A DNA stretch of 64,000 bases. Origin: Paraphysomonas bandaiensis (Eukaryota; Protista; Chrysophyceae). Where the stretch lies: positions 287,240-351,239 of the forward strand of contig CBFFRP010000069.1 of the NCBI GenBank assembly GCA_965644295.1, in the 5' to 3' direction. The notes under the pieces were generated by a model that saw only the letters and a list, made by a program, of their open reading frames with translations, was not told where the DNA came from and did not search any database. A program made the position numbers and the translations under genes. Below, one piece after another: positions 22,912 to 35,600 of this stretch (position 1 is the first letter of the stretch; each line of letters opens with the position of its first letter).

Positions 22912-23459
22912 CTAATTGTTACTGTGTATTAGTTGTGTGTATTGTGTATGTAGAGGACGACTTATGTTTTTCTTTTAGATATTGCTAATGGAATATAATT
23001 TTTCCAACTTATTGTCATTACACCAAATTCTAACATCTATATACTATATACTACTAGGCAGGGTTAGGTATCATAAAAATAATACGTAGGTCTCTCAGTT
23101 CACTCAATTTTATTACTTCATAACACCATGGTTCACGAGACGCCTTCCAAAGTTGGCTCCACATATGCGTAGGATGAGTTATTAAACACAAAATATCGTT
23201 TGACACATATCGCGGTTGTAAAAATACTGCAAAAGAGCAACGCATAAAAATTACTACAACCCATATACAACTCCGTAATACTCACACAGATCTTTCTCAA
23301 TTCAATTCAACTATGCGTACTCCAAGTCTCCTTTGCGTGGCCTAGGTAGAGCGCTAGCCACTGCAATGTCCTGTACTTGTTGCGAGTAGCTACCTTCAAC
23401 TATGCCGGAGAGCTGACCGCATAAATCCTCTATCTATACGCACCATCATATAAGAAATC

Positions 23460-24524
23460 TTAAGAATGATCATAACTCTGTACCTCATTTCTAGAAAACG
23501 GTTCACACCGCTGCCTTTTACTGTCGTGGGCATGTGCAAACTGTTCTTCACTATCATCATCTGGGTATAACGAGGCCACAATCCGGTTGATTTCTTTTTC
23601 TATCGATCGTACATTCTCTAACAGGTTGTCGTATACTTTCTTCTCTTGCTCAGATTGCAATACTGACTCCTTTAGGGCGTGAGAGAGACGAGTTAAGGTC
23701 GGCGTGGTTCGCATTGTAATTGGGGGGACTGGGCTATTTTGAGAAGTGGTGGAGGGTTCTTGAGATGGTGCAACTGTACCGCCCGTTGCAGACGTAGCAA
23801 TTTGGGCCGATGAGTCCTCTGACTGAACGCTCAACAGCTTCTTTGTCTTGAATTTTGTACGGTCCGTGTAAGGCTGCAGCAGTAGATTATTCAATTCCAT
23901 TGGGCTTGCTGTAGACTGCAGTAATGAGGACGCGATATCAACGGTTTCTGCCCAACTATGTACAGCTTTTCGCAATAGACATGTTTCATCAGAATCCATC
24001 TCCATATCTTCAAAATAAGAAACTGGTAAAAGAGTACTTTTAAGTGATTTATTCATGCTAACAGCAGCAGATGCAAGCTTCTGTACAGCAACTTGAGGAG
24101 ACACATCCGTTACTTCAATCTCAAATAACAATTTTGCCCATGAAATACGAGCTTGAATATTACGAGAATGATTCTGTTTAGATGATATACTATCATTGAC
24201 TGGAAGTTTTGGAAATGTCATTTCAACAATTGATGTATGATCAACAAAATAATATACATGATCAATCACAAAATATAAACATGATGGTAATTTTTTATTA
24301 TTGATTGAATGATTTTTATTAATTGCAATATAAATAGAAAATGATATTTTATTATTTATAGATGATATTAAATTTAATTTAATGAATGGATGTGGTATAT
24401 ATATGTGACATATAGAGTTTGTTAATATATTATAAAATATATAATTATTTTGTAATTTATCAAGTAATTCATTTGATATTTTATAAAATATTGTTTGTGT
24501 AATAAGAAAATCTGATATATTCAT
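23460..24524 (-). CDS. Hypothetical protein with C-terminal coiled coil
   Basis: 354-aa ORF, AT-rich 5' part as in neighbouring host genes; no domain recognised. Confidence 0.55.
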   Translation of the reverse strand: MNISDFLITQTIFYKISNELLDKLQNNYIFYNILTNSICHIYIPHPFIKLNLISSINNKISFSIYIAINKNHSINNKKLPSCLYFVIDHVYYFVDHTSIVEMTFPKLPVNDSISSKQNHSRNIQARISWAKLLFEIEVTDVSPQVAVQKLASAAVSMNKSLKSTLLPVSYFEDMEMDSDETCLLRKAVHSWAETVDIASSLLQSTASPMELNNLLLQPYTDRTKFKTKKLLSVQSEDSSAQIATSATGGTVAPSQEPSTTSQNSPVPPITMRTTPTLTRLSHALKESVLQSEQEKKVYDNLLENVRSIEKEINRIVASLYPDDDSEEQFAHAHDSKRQRCEPFSRNEVQSYDHS

Positions 24525-25211
24525 AATTTTAATGATGTATAGTTTAATATATGGATATATATGTAGGATGTTAATGATGTGATGTTTAAGGTGGGATAGA
24601 CATGTATATATATGGACACATTATTGGCAACGTTTGTATATTTTTGTTCCAAAATGCTTCTAATATTGAGACAACAATTCTCTGTATTCTAGCCGTAGTT
24701 ATATATCAGTAATATAGAGTAATTTTACTTCAATTTATTTCCGAAAAATAAGTACATAGCAATACATCCTACTGCTCTATATTTAAGAATCTGACCAAAT
24801 CTCCAAAAAGTTTATAAAAATGTCACATTTTCTATGAATTAGGCCAAAATTCCAAAAAATCCTATGCAAATACCATATTTTCTTTTAATGAAAGCTAATT
24901 TTATAGCATAAAAAACAAGAATGTGTTATTTCCTCCCAAAAAATAGTGATTATATGGTATAGTGGTGCAAAGTATGTGATATTATTACTCCAGAATACGG
25001 TACACGGTACACTATACCATATACTGTCTATATGCTCTGCTGTATATGTATACTGCTGTATGCTGTATATGCGTGTCATAACATCCTACTTGTATATATA
25101 CATATACATCCCTATACATCCACTCACACATATCTCCCTTACACTAACCTCCTCTATTACACACACATTCATCACAATCTCCTTCTCCTCATATAAATAC
25201 ATATTTTTATC

Positions 25212-25963
25212 ATGTCGTCCCTAACAGCTTCAATAGATATCTCTGCATATGGTAAACTATGCCTCCACTGTGCTAAGTATCCTCCATTCCCAGTATTAGG
25301 GTTACTTATGGGATCATTCATAGATAATAAAGTATAAGTATATCATCTTATATATATATATTTATAATTATATTATATATAGATAACAGTTCATAATGTA
25401 TTACCTGTACTTCATAGTGCACCTGTTGGACCAACACTTGACATAGCTGTCTCATCGGTATATATAACTGTTATATTAATTATATATATAGTAAGTATAT
25501 ATGTACAGGCAAATACCCTCTATGATGGATTAAAAGTTGTTGGAATTTATTTTGCAAATGAACGTGTAGATTCAGATACATGGCCACATTATGTGAACAA
25601 GATTATCAAGGGGCTGCAAGCATCAATGGGATCTTGTTTAGCGCTGCAAGTGAAGAACTCGCAATTGGAGAGCGTCGACACTTTGTGCATAAATGTATTA
25701 CTGATGCAGTAGTACCATAGATTTGTAACAATGTATTTTAGGGTACACAAAGTGGGCAAAGTGTGAAGATAGAGATGTCGGGTGGGCACACTGCTGTTTA
25801 TGTCAACAAAATGGTCGATCACCTTCTGGCTGAGAACCTTCACAGAACTTTTGAGGATTTTGAGGACCATATGGATAGTGCTCACGTAAGTGAGACTGAT
25901 TTTAGAAATGTAGCTGTTGATGAAGAAATACGGAGCTATGTTGTGAATCATGCAGATAGGTGA
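25212..25963 (+). CDS. EMC8: ER membrane protein complex subunit 8/9 (MPN-like, UPF0172), multi-exon
   Basis: Spliced reading MSSLTASIDISAYGKLCLHCAKYP...VLGLLMG / NVLPVLH / VVGIYFANER / FEDFEDHMD...DFRN matches EMC8/9 motifs; missed by the ORF track because of introns. Confidence 0.85.
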
Positions 25964-27695
25964 GCGTGTCAGTGACGAATTAGTTACGTTCTGAAAAAAG
26001 TAGCCTCGTCTACATCTCCTCATGCAGGAACACACGTGTCGTAAAATATAATTTGCATCACTTATAAATTTGTGGCCCATTATACTATGGGCACTAAAGT
26101 GCATGACTAAGTGCAGAGAAATGACGTGGAAGTGTTTCTTACTGTAGACATCATGCAGCAAAGAAGGCAATGTTCTTAACTACGCAGTGTCTAGTAAATA
26201 GTAAGTGTATGCTTATCGAAGACATAGCTCTATATGAGCAGGACGAGACAGCGTAGTAATTCTACTGGGCTGAGGTACTACTGAAAGTGGCGATAGCATT
26301 CGCTACAACTACGACTTCTGATCATAAGGACTAGCTGTGCAATAGGTTTTGCGAAGGTAGCTAGTAGAAGTGAGTAGTGAAATCCATTTTAAAAATCAGC
26401 GCTGGAATAGAAAGCAATTTATTGCAATACCAATAATTCGATGTTTGGCTAATTGGCTAATTATGAGTACATTTATAGAAGAAATGGTGGTGTGCAATTC
26501 AAACAGTATATAAAATATAAACTAGATAAAATAGTGAGAACAAGTTCACACATGACAGGTGTAAAGGTGTGCATTTCACACATTCGTTAACACATGATAT
26601 AAACTACTACAAAAAAATTATTCATTCTCGGGCGGGGGTGATTCAGCCTTTCTCATAGAAATACGCCGAGATACTCTTGATGAGAAGGCAGTTGTCTGGA
26701 CTCCCCTCATCCGGCTCCACATAATACCGTATGCGCTTCATACCCGGTTGCTCTTCCACACCCTCAACAGCCACCAGGCACTCCTTTGAGGAACCACCGA
26801 CAGAGAAGTTTGAATATCTCGAGAAGCTAGGCGTCACCAGAATTCAAAGCTTTCCGGGAATCACAAAGTTGGAGCAATGAGCCTCTTCTCACCGGAATGT
26901 GAATGCACCTACAGTACTCCCCTAATGAATGAAGCACTTATGACGTCAAGGTTTACTCCATATTCCAATCAGTTCAGAGATCAACGTTGTTGTATATATG
27001 GCTTTAGGTTCTGCCAAGCGAGATCATATCCGCAATTGTGTACTACCACAGTCTATCTTAAGGACCCAGTATGTACAGATGTAGAGTACATAATATCCAG
27101 TTTTTTCCCAAAAAAAAGCAGTTTTTATAGTTGTATAGGGAATATATGTTATGAGTTGTGGGTTATTTGTACTGTACTGTAGTTCCGGCATGTGAAAACC
27201 CCTATAAAAGGTATGGTATTATGTTTACTCTGTTTTTCCCAACCATTCGACTCCAGTATGATTTTCTTCATGGATACAAAGTCGAAGTCAAGATATTTCT
27301 CTATATATTTCAAAGGTGCGTATATTTCCATACATTAATGAGGTATATGCTCTCTTTATGTATGCTATCTTTCTATAGAATATTCCTCAAGGTGAAGTCG
27401 AAGTCAATGGGTTGGATATGTCCATATATATATATAGGGCTACTATCCATAGGGAATGATCCGTATGGATCTATCCATAGGGTTCTATCCATAGGGAATA
27501 ATCCGTATGGATCTATCCATATATAATACTACAGATATATACTATGAAGTCCCTCATAATTAACTTCACTCATATACATACATACGTACATACATATACG
27601 TATACATACATACATAACAACTCAGGTATATACATACATATATATACATACATACATACTCATAAAGTGTTATAATAGAGATCCACTCCTCTTAC

Positions 27696-30559
27696 ATGGC
27701 AATCTACGATATGGATATGGATTTCACTGGTGGGAATGCAGAGGCATCCTTGACTTATCCACTATCAGCTGGACGCATTAAGAAAGGAAGGTAGATACAC
27801 AGATATACGTATATGAGTGTATGGAGATATGAGTGTATGGAGATATGAGTGTATAGAGATATGAGTGTATGGAGATATGAGTGTATAGAGATATGAGTGT
27901 ATAGAGATATGAGTGTATGGAGATATGAGTGTATGGAGATATGAGTGTATAGAGATATGAGTGTATGGAGATATGAGTGTATAGAGATATGAGTGTATAG
28001 AGATATGAGTGTATAGAGATATGAGTGTATAGAGATATGAGTGTATAGAGATATGAGTGTATAGAGATATGAGTGTATGGAGATATGAGTGTATAGAGAT
28101 ATGAGTGTATGGAGATATGAGTGTATGGAGATATGAGTGTATAGAGATATGAGTGTATAGAGATATGAGTGTATAGAGATATGAGTGTATAGAGATATGA
28201 GTGTATGGAGATATGAGTGTATGGAGATATGAGTGTATAGAGATATGAGTGTATAGAGATATGAGTGTATAGAGATATGAGTGTATAGAGATATGAGTGT
28301 ATAGAGATATGAGTGTATGGAGATATGAGTGTATAGAGATATGAGTGTATAGAGATATGAGTGTATGGAGATATGAGTGTATAGAGATATGAGTGTATAG
28401 AGATATGAGTGTATGGAGATATGAGTGTATAGAGATATGAGTGTATGGAGATATGAGTGTATGGAGATATGAGTGTATAGAGATATGAGTGTATAGAGAT
28501 ATGAGTGTATAGAGATATGAGTGTATAGAGATATGAGTGTATGGAGATATGAGTGTATGGAGATATGAGTGTATAGAGATATGAGTGTATAGAGATATGA
28601 GTGTATAGAGATATGAGTGTATAGAGATATGAGTGTATAGAGATATGAGTGTATGGAGATATGAGTGTATAGAGATATGAGTGTATAGAGATATGAGTGT
28701 ATAGAGATATGAGTGTATAGAGATATGAGTGTATAGAGATATGAGTGTATGGAGATATGAGTGTATGGAGATATGAGTGTATGGAGATATGAGTGTATAG
28801 AGATATGAGTGTATAGAGATATGAGTGTATAGAGATATGAGTGTATAGAGATATGAGTGTATGGAGATATGAGTGTATGGAGATATGAGTGTATAGAGAT
28901 ATGAGTGTATAGAGATATGAGTGTATGGAGATATGAGTGTATAGAGATATGAGTGTATAGAGATATGAGTGTATGGAGATATGAGTGTATAGAGATATGA
29001 GTGTATAGAGATATGAGTGTATAGAGATATGAGTGTATAGAGATATGAGTGTATAGAGATATGAGTGTATAGAGATATGAGTGTATGGAGATATGAGTGT
29101 ATGGAGATATGAGTGTATGGAGATATGAGTGTATAGAGATATGAGTGTATAGAGATATGAGTGTATAGAGATATGAGTGTATAGAGATATGAGTGTATGG
29201 AGATATGAGTGTATGGAGATATGAGTGTATAGAGATATGAGTGTATGGAGATATGAGTGTATAGAGATATGAGTGTATAGAGATATGAGTGTATAGAGAT
29301 ATGAGTGTATGGAGATATGAGTGTATAGAGATATGAGTGTATAGAGATATGAGTGTATAGAGATATGAGTGTATAGAGATATGAGTGTATGGAGATATGA
29401 GTGTATGGAGATATGAGTGTATAGAGATATGAGTGTATGGAGATATGAGTGTATAGAGATATGAGTGTATAGAGATATGAGTGTATGGAGATATGAGTGT
29501 ATAGAGATATGAGTGTATATAGATATGAGTGTATGGAGATATGAGTGTATAGAGATATGAGTGTATGGAGATATGAGTGTATATAGATATGAGTGTATGG
29601 AGATATGAGTGTATAGAGATATGAGTGTATAGAGATATGAGTGTATAGAGATATGAGTGTATGGAGATATGAGTGTATAGAGATATGAGTGTATAGAGAT
29701 ATGAGTGTATATAGATATGAGTGTATGGAGATATGAGTGTATATAGATATGAGTGTATGGAGATATGAGTGTATAGAGATATGAGTGTATGGAGATATGA
29801 GTGTATATAGATATGAGTGTATGGAGATATGAGTGTATAGAGATATGAGTGTATAGAGATATGAGTGTATGGAGATATGAGTGTATAGAGATATGAGTGT
29901 ATGGAGATATGAGTGTAATAGAGATGTGAGTGTATAGAGATATGAGTGTATGGAGATATGAGTGTATAGAGATATGAGTGTATATAGATATGAGTGTATA
30001 GAGATATGAGTGTATAGAGATATGAGTGTATATATAATTATAATTTTATTGATTTGTGCAGTTTTATGCTTATTCAGGGCAACCCGTGTAAGGTATGGCT
30101 ATATATATCACAGTATTTTATGACTTCATGCTATATATACATAGGTGCTAAGTGTTAGTACTTGCAGTAGTGGAAAGCGTAAGTATATACATACAGAGAC
30201 ATGTAGTGATGTTACAATCTATACGTGCAGATGGACATTCAAAGAGTCATTTTGTTGGTGTCGATGTATTTACCGATAAGAAGATGGAAGATATTGTCCC
30301 CACCACCCATAATGTATATGTCCCAATTGTTACACGAACTGACTATGTACTCTTGAATATATCTGATGAGGACTATTGCACTCTACTTGCAGATGATGGC
30401 ACGCTGCAAGAAAACATTAAAGTTCCCGCTGTACCTACAGATCTTGGAAAACGAATCAAAGCTAGTTTTGAGGCCGACAAACATTTGGTGGTGTCTGTTA
30501 TGTCGGCAATGAAACAGGAGCGTATTATTGCTGTACAAGAAGTTCGTGATAGTAACTAA
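27696..30559 (+). CDS. EIF5A: eIF5A-like translation factor; exons 27696-27790, 30062-30092, 30145-30178, 30231-30559
   Basis: Spliced protein ASLTYPLSAGRIKKGSFMLIQGNPCKVLSVSTCSSGKHGHSKSHFVGVDVFTDKKMEDIVPTTHNVYVP...; all introns GT-AG and frame-consistent. Confidence 0.9.
27811..30031. repeat. 16-bp minisatellite, ~138 copies, in eIF5A intron 1
   Basis: agatatgagtgtat(ag/gg/at) tandem units. Confidence 0.97.
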
Positions 30560-30870
30560 GATCCTGCACGCAATGTACACGTTATTGATGTACCATGAAT
30601 TTCCTGCGCTCGAAATGTGCACGTGTATCACTGCGCCGAACACTTTTAAATATGTGAACGATTTAATGCAGTATTAGAAATAATAATTCAGTAACATTAC
30701 GAAGAAGAGTAAGAGATATATGTGATCTATGTACCACCTAGTAGTAGTACATGATAAATTATATATATTTAGTGGTAGCTATACTCATTATCGTTTGGTA
30801 ATGATTTTTTTCAAATTTTCTTGAACACTGCAGTTATTAAGGTTTTTCTTTGCTTCGAGCGATAGAGCAA

Positions 30871-31708
30871 ATGTGGCTGCATCTTGGCGCTTGCGGTAAC
30901 GCACACGCAGCCTTCGTAGCACCAAATAGTAGGATATCAGAGTTAAGCACTAGTTAATAGTTTTGGCCTATTGCAAATATAATAAGACATTTTATTCTAT
31001 TGCTTGTAATCATTGATTCTATTGCTTTAAGTACTCTGAGAATCAGAATGAGATGTTGTCGGTACCGTAGAAAGCATAACATATGTAGTATATTGCAGCA
31101 ATGCATAAGTAGTTCCGGAAGCGGTACATCGAAGGGAACGGTGTTCTTATTGAACTCAAATGAAAGTATAGTGTTAGAATATAGAGTTTTCAACAATAGT
31201 ATGAGTTTTAGATTAAAAATAATAGCAATCAATAGTCACTGTTGAAAGTTCACTCTTTTCCAGATTCCATTTAGGATTATGACAAAAAGGAAACTATACA
31301 TTCTACCTAACTCTTAAAATATCTCACTATAACATATATATATACCAGGGAAATATAGTTCAACCCATCTAATTATGGTTGAATTATCTAATCAAAGTAT
31401 TTTTAATGACTTGCACAACACGCATCAACACAAATATTGAACATATCAATTTATATATATGCTTATTTACGTAACATAGTGTATGATGATATATACATAT
31501 CTCTCTAATATATATATAGCTTACTAGTATATAACCATGAATCCCTTGTCAGTCAATCAAGCCTGCTAGGAAACGCGGCCGGCATAGGCCAATGTCTTAT
31601 TATATTTGCAATAGGCCAAAACTATTAACTAGTGCCAATCTCTGATATCCTACTATTTGGCGCTACGAAAGCTGCGTGCGCGTCACCGCAAGCGCCAAGG
31701 TGCAACCA
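30871..31708. repeat. ~120-bp imperfect inverted repeat pair (30871-30990 and 31591-31708), possible MITE/foldback
   Basis: ...gcactagttaatagttttggcctattgcaaatataataagacatt versus aatgtcttattatatttgcaataggccaaaactattaactagtgc...; no TSD established. Confidence 0.75.
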
Positions 31709-32607
31709 CTTTCGCTTTCTGTCGTTAAGGTGAACTAGCCCGGATGATTGACTTCAGCAGGCAGCCCAATACCCTTGATGCCCTTGAGGTGGGCCCATTC
31801 CCGGATGTCTGTTTATTCGTCAAGGCCCAAAGACGTCTACACAAGTGACACTAATAAGCATCCATTGTACCACACAATCATTTGACTACGAGTGGGCAGA
31901 ACAATATCTGCTGACTATATATGCCGCTCACGTGTTAGTTTCCCGATACTTATCCCTCAGAACACCACGAAAAGGTGCGAGTCCGACTTTGTGGAGAGGT
32001 TGTGCAGTGTGCAGTGTAGGTTCTCTGACGCCCCTGATGACATCCTTGCTCATCCTAAGTTTGTGGGGTTTGATGTCAATGAAATGAATAAAGCTGTGTG
32101 ATGGGTGATGTATAGCATGCATACAATATCTGCATTCATTGATTGATGGTTCGAGTATCGAGTATACCCCCATGTTTGACGGAAATATTTATTTCTGACA
32201 AAGGTGAATACCCGTACACTCTAGTTAACCAAGTCATTCAAACCAAAAATTTGACTAGGTTTTTGAGCCACTTGACTGCAGGTTTTTACACCAATATATG
32301 TTACTAGGAAATTACACCAACTTGACTAGTTCAATAATAGATCATACAACTAAAGCATCACCAAATGTTGGATCGTTCCTTAATAACATAATACGCAACA
32401 ATTTCAAGAGTTATTTTACAACTGAAATCGTATCCAAAACTGTGAATTGGGTTTAGATATTTTACAGTTTTCACCCACTTTAATGTATACGAGTTGAACA
32501 TTTAAGCTAGAAAAATCAGAAGAGAATTATTAGAAAGAAAATAACTGCTTTGGGAAAATACTAAAATGTCAAAGTTGTATTTGCGATGGCCTATCATAAC
32601 AACTCCG

Positions 32608-35600
32608 TCAATTTGCACCTCTGCCATGGGGTACCTGATTTACGCTAAGATCTACACTTAAGGCACAAGAATCATCGAAAACAAACCAGTTTTCAGAATA
32701 CGTGGCATGTATTCTTTGTGTATTCTCCACTCCCAAACTGCTTTCTATTTTCCTCTCGAAAGCAAGAGTTACATCGGTCGCATTGGAGCTCACGAGCAAG
32801 TTGTTTGCAATTGCAGTCATATCAACATCCACCACGTTGAAACACTTCGGGCCAAATTTTCTACCTGAAAGAATTTGGGGAGGAAAATGCGGCAGCGTAC
32901 ACTTCAAATAGTAGCTACCATCACATTGGTGTCTCCGACGGAGTATTATATGCCCATTGGTTTGACTGTGATTGCATGGATTAAAACATTGAGAGTGTTC
33001 TAACGGAGGAAGATCCGAATTGAGAGAATCAGAAATCCCTCCACAAATTGACTCCAAAGAAGCATTGTCAAACGCACGAAGAACCCCAGATATCACATTG
33101 GATTTTTCCTCCCTCGAGTGCCGAAGCATGCCCCACAAGGAATAGGAGTAAGGGATGCTAGTGCAGGACTTGCCCACAAGAGCATCATGGAATTTCAAAG
33201 TCACCTCGTGGTAAGCGTCGGGGGAATATGATACCATTAATCTATTACCAGTCCAACGAACCTTACATTTTGATGGGCTATCTTGCTCATCACTCAAGGA
33301 AATCGAACCAAACTTGCTTCGTTTCCAATAAGACTCTTCTATACTACCCACCTGGGCGGAACGCTTCCGATTCTCCTCCGTGGCTCGCAGTAAAGAATCA
33401 AAAAACAATCGTCTGTATTCCGTATTGATGGAGCGCTTTACCGCTTTGCTAGTTACTTTGGGGGATGACATCTCAGATAACCCTTTCGTCGGAAGAACCA
33501 CTGGATCAGATGGCGGCGTTGGAAGCACATCGGTTGGCTTCGAAGTGTCGGTAGACATAATGCCAGGATGAGATGGTAAAGGATTCACTTGCGTTAAGGA
33601 CGATATAACACTCTCTGGCTGCTGTAAATTTTGATCTCTATCGAGCTTACTCAATATCGGTGCTATCAGGCTCGTGGTAGATTCACTACTATCTGGATAT
33701 GCTGAGGCGGATTTCGGACCCAAAAGTCGCATGGAAGATGAAGCTTGCGTTGGTAGAACTACAGGATTGGACTGGGTTATCACATGACCTATGTCAGGTT
33801 TAAACGCAGCATCTCCCGGACAATTCGAATTCGACGCTATAGTTTCCCCATGACAATCTTCGCTTGGGGCTGTAGAGAGCAGATGAGGACTTTGCCGAAT
33901 CGCTGTATCTGTAATGCTTTTCTGTGAAGTATCACTCGGAGATAACTTAGAGGGGTCTGTCACTACACTTTCTTTCGTAGGAGAAGACACTGCTGGTACA
34001 GTGGACGACACGTTGTCTACATCAGCAGATCCCGAGCAGCTAGTAACGTCAACACCACCTCGCAACGATACAGGAGGCGTTGTTGATTCGAGTTGATTGT
34101 CAATAGTATGTACCAAATCACTGATCACATTGCTCACGGAATCTGGGGCTTGTTGTAGCGCATCAGTGTCTCTCTCGGAGATTTCTTCCAGCGTACCGCA
34201 ACGTGGAACCAATAGACGAACTACCTGAAGGCCTGTGCATGTGCGGTATCGCATCACCATAATGTCTTTGTAAAATGTATTTGTGCTTGTCGAATGAACT
34301 ACACTATTTTCCGATGTATCACCTGAACAAACATCAGTACATACGTTCTCAACGTGCTCATCATCGAATTCTACTTCGACTCGCCATACCCCTATCCCGC
34401 TCACGCAGGAAAGATTTGATGAGGACGAACACAAGCCGAGGAGATCAGATATGCATATCGAGCGATCTCCGTGCGCCTTGACAACAAGCTTTTTATTCTG
34501 TTCTGGAGAAGAATGAGACACTTTTATTGGAGACACCGAAGTATCTCGGTTCATCAGCATCGGTTCAAGGGCGGGAGTCGTACCACAAGGATCCCTTCGC
34601 TGCCTTTTCGCTACCTGAGTCTCATTAGTCTCATCACATGTATCACTATAGGGGTATGTAGCATCTCTGCCTCGTTTCACTCCGCCTGATGGGTCCTTAT
34701 CATCTTCCAATGCCTTACTATCTCCGCAAAGGTCACTAAAAGAGGCTTCACTTTCATCAGATTTCTGTCCAACCGAAGAAACCATAGTCTTCACAGAAGG
34801 ACTCGGTAATGCAAAACCTGGTGCTGCATCAGCGAATATCTCTTGATCACTATGCGCAATTCCGCCACCCAAGTGGGTATTATCTATACTATATTTGCTA
34901 CTGAAGTATGGCAAGTTAGGCTTCGCTAATGGCTCTACAGACTTCAATGTGAAGCTCACTTTCCTCTCGGCGGCAACTCTATCTACAGGCTGCTGTGATG
35001 ACATATCTTCCCCTTTAGTGTGAGATCTTTCTGCCGCAACAGATTCAAGGCGATAAACCAACTTCTCCTGTACGGGCACTCTTTCTACATCACTTGCCGG
35101 CGGCTCTTTCTCATCTCTCATTACACTTTCACTGACAGGTCCAACTGCCGAGCACTCCTCTGCCTCAGGAAGAATTTCCCTCGGCGTTTTCACTGTCTTT
35201 GAGTACCCTGTGGTCTGTATCCAGGTTTCCCACGCTTGCTGTCGTACATCCTCGCGTAGCTGGTTTATAGCCGCTTCACTCGTGGCACTGCTAGAGTTAC
35301 CTCGTATCACCTTGTCTTGTCCTTCTTCACTACCTATCGAAGACGTCCGTACAATAGGTACTTCCACCGCTTCTTCCTCATAATAACTAGAACCGCGCTT
35401 CACTTGGGACGGTGCTAAAGCTGGCCCTTCCACGGTGCCAGTTGACTGCTCTCGTTTGATCTGATCATGAGCAAATGCCGGATGAAGGGCTTTTAACCGT
35501 TCGATTTCCTAGGAACAAGTACTGTGTCAGTAGCAAGTGAACGTGGTTTCGCCACATACCTGCTTTGTGAATTCGTCAAATTCCTTTTCTTGCTGGGACA

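Noticed and set aside
26643-26837. Short ORF and GC-richer patch; similar patch at 31845-32173
   Set aside because: Too short, no recognisable motif or gene structure
27811-30031. Regular array as possible CRISPR
   Set aside because: No unique spacers; eukaryotic intron minisatellite
30152-30230. ORF-track N-terminus MLVLAVVES for the eIF5A ORF
   Set aside because: It reads through intron 3; the true frame comes from upstream exons
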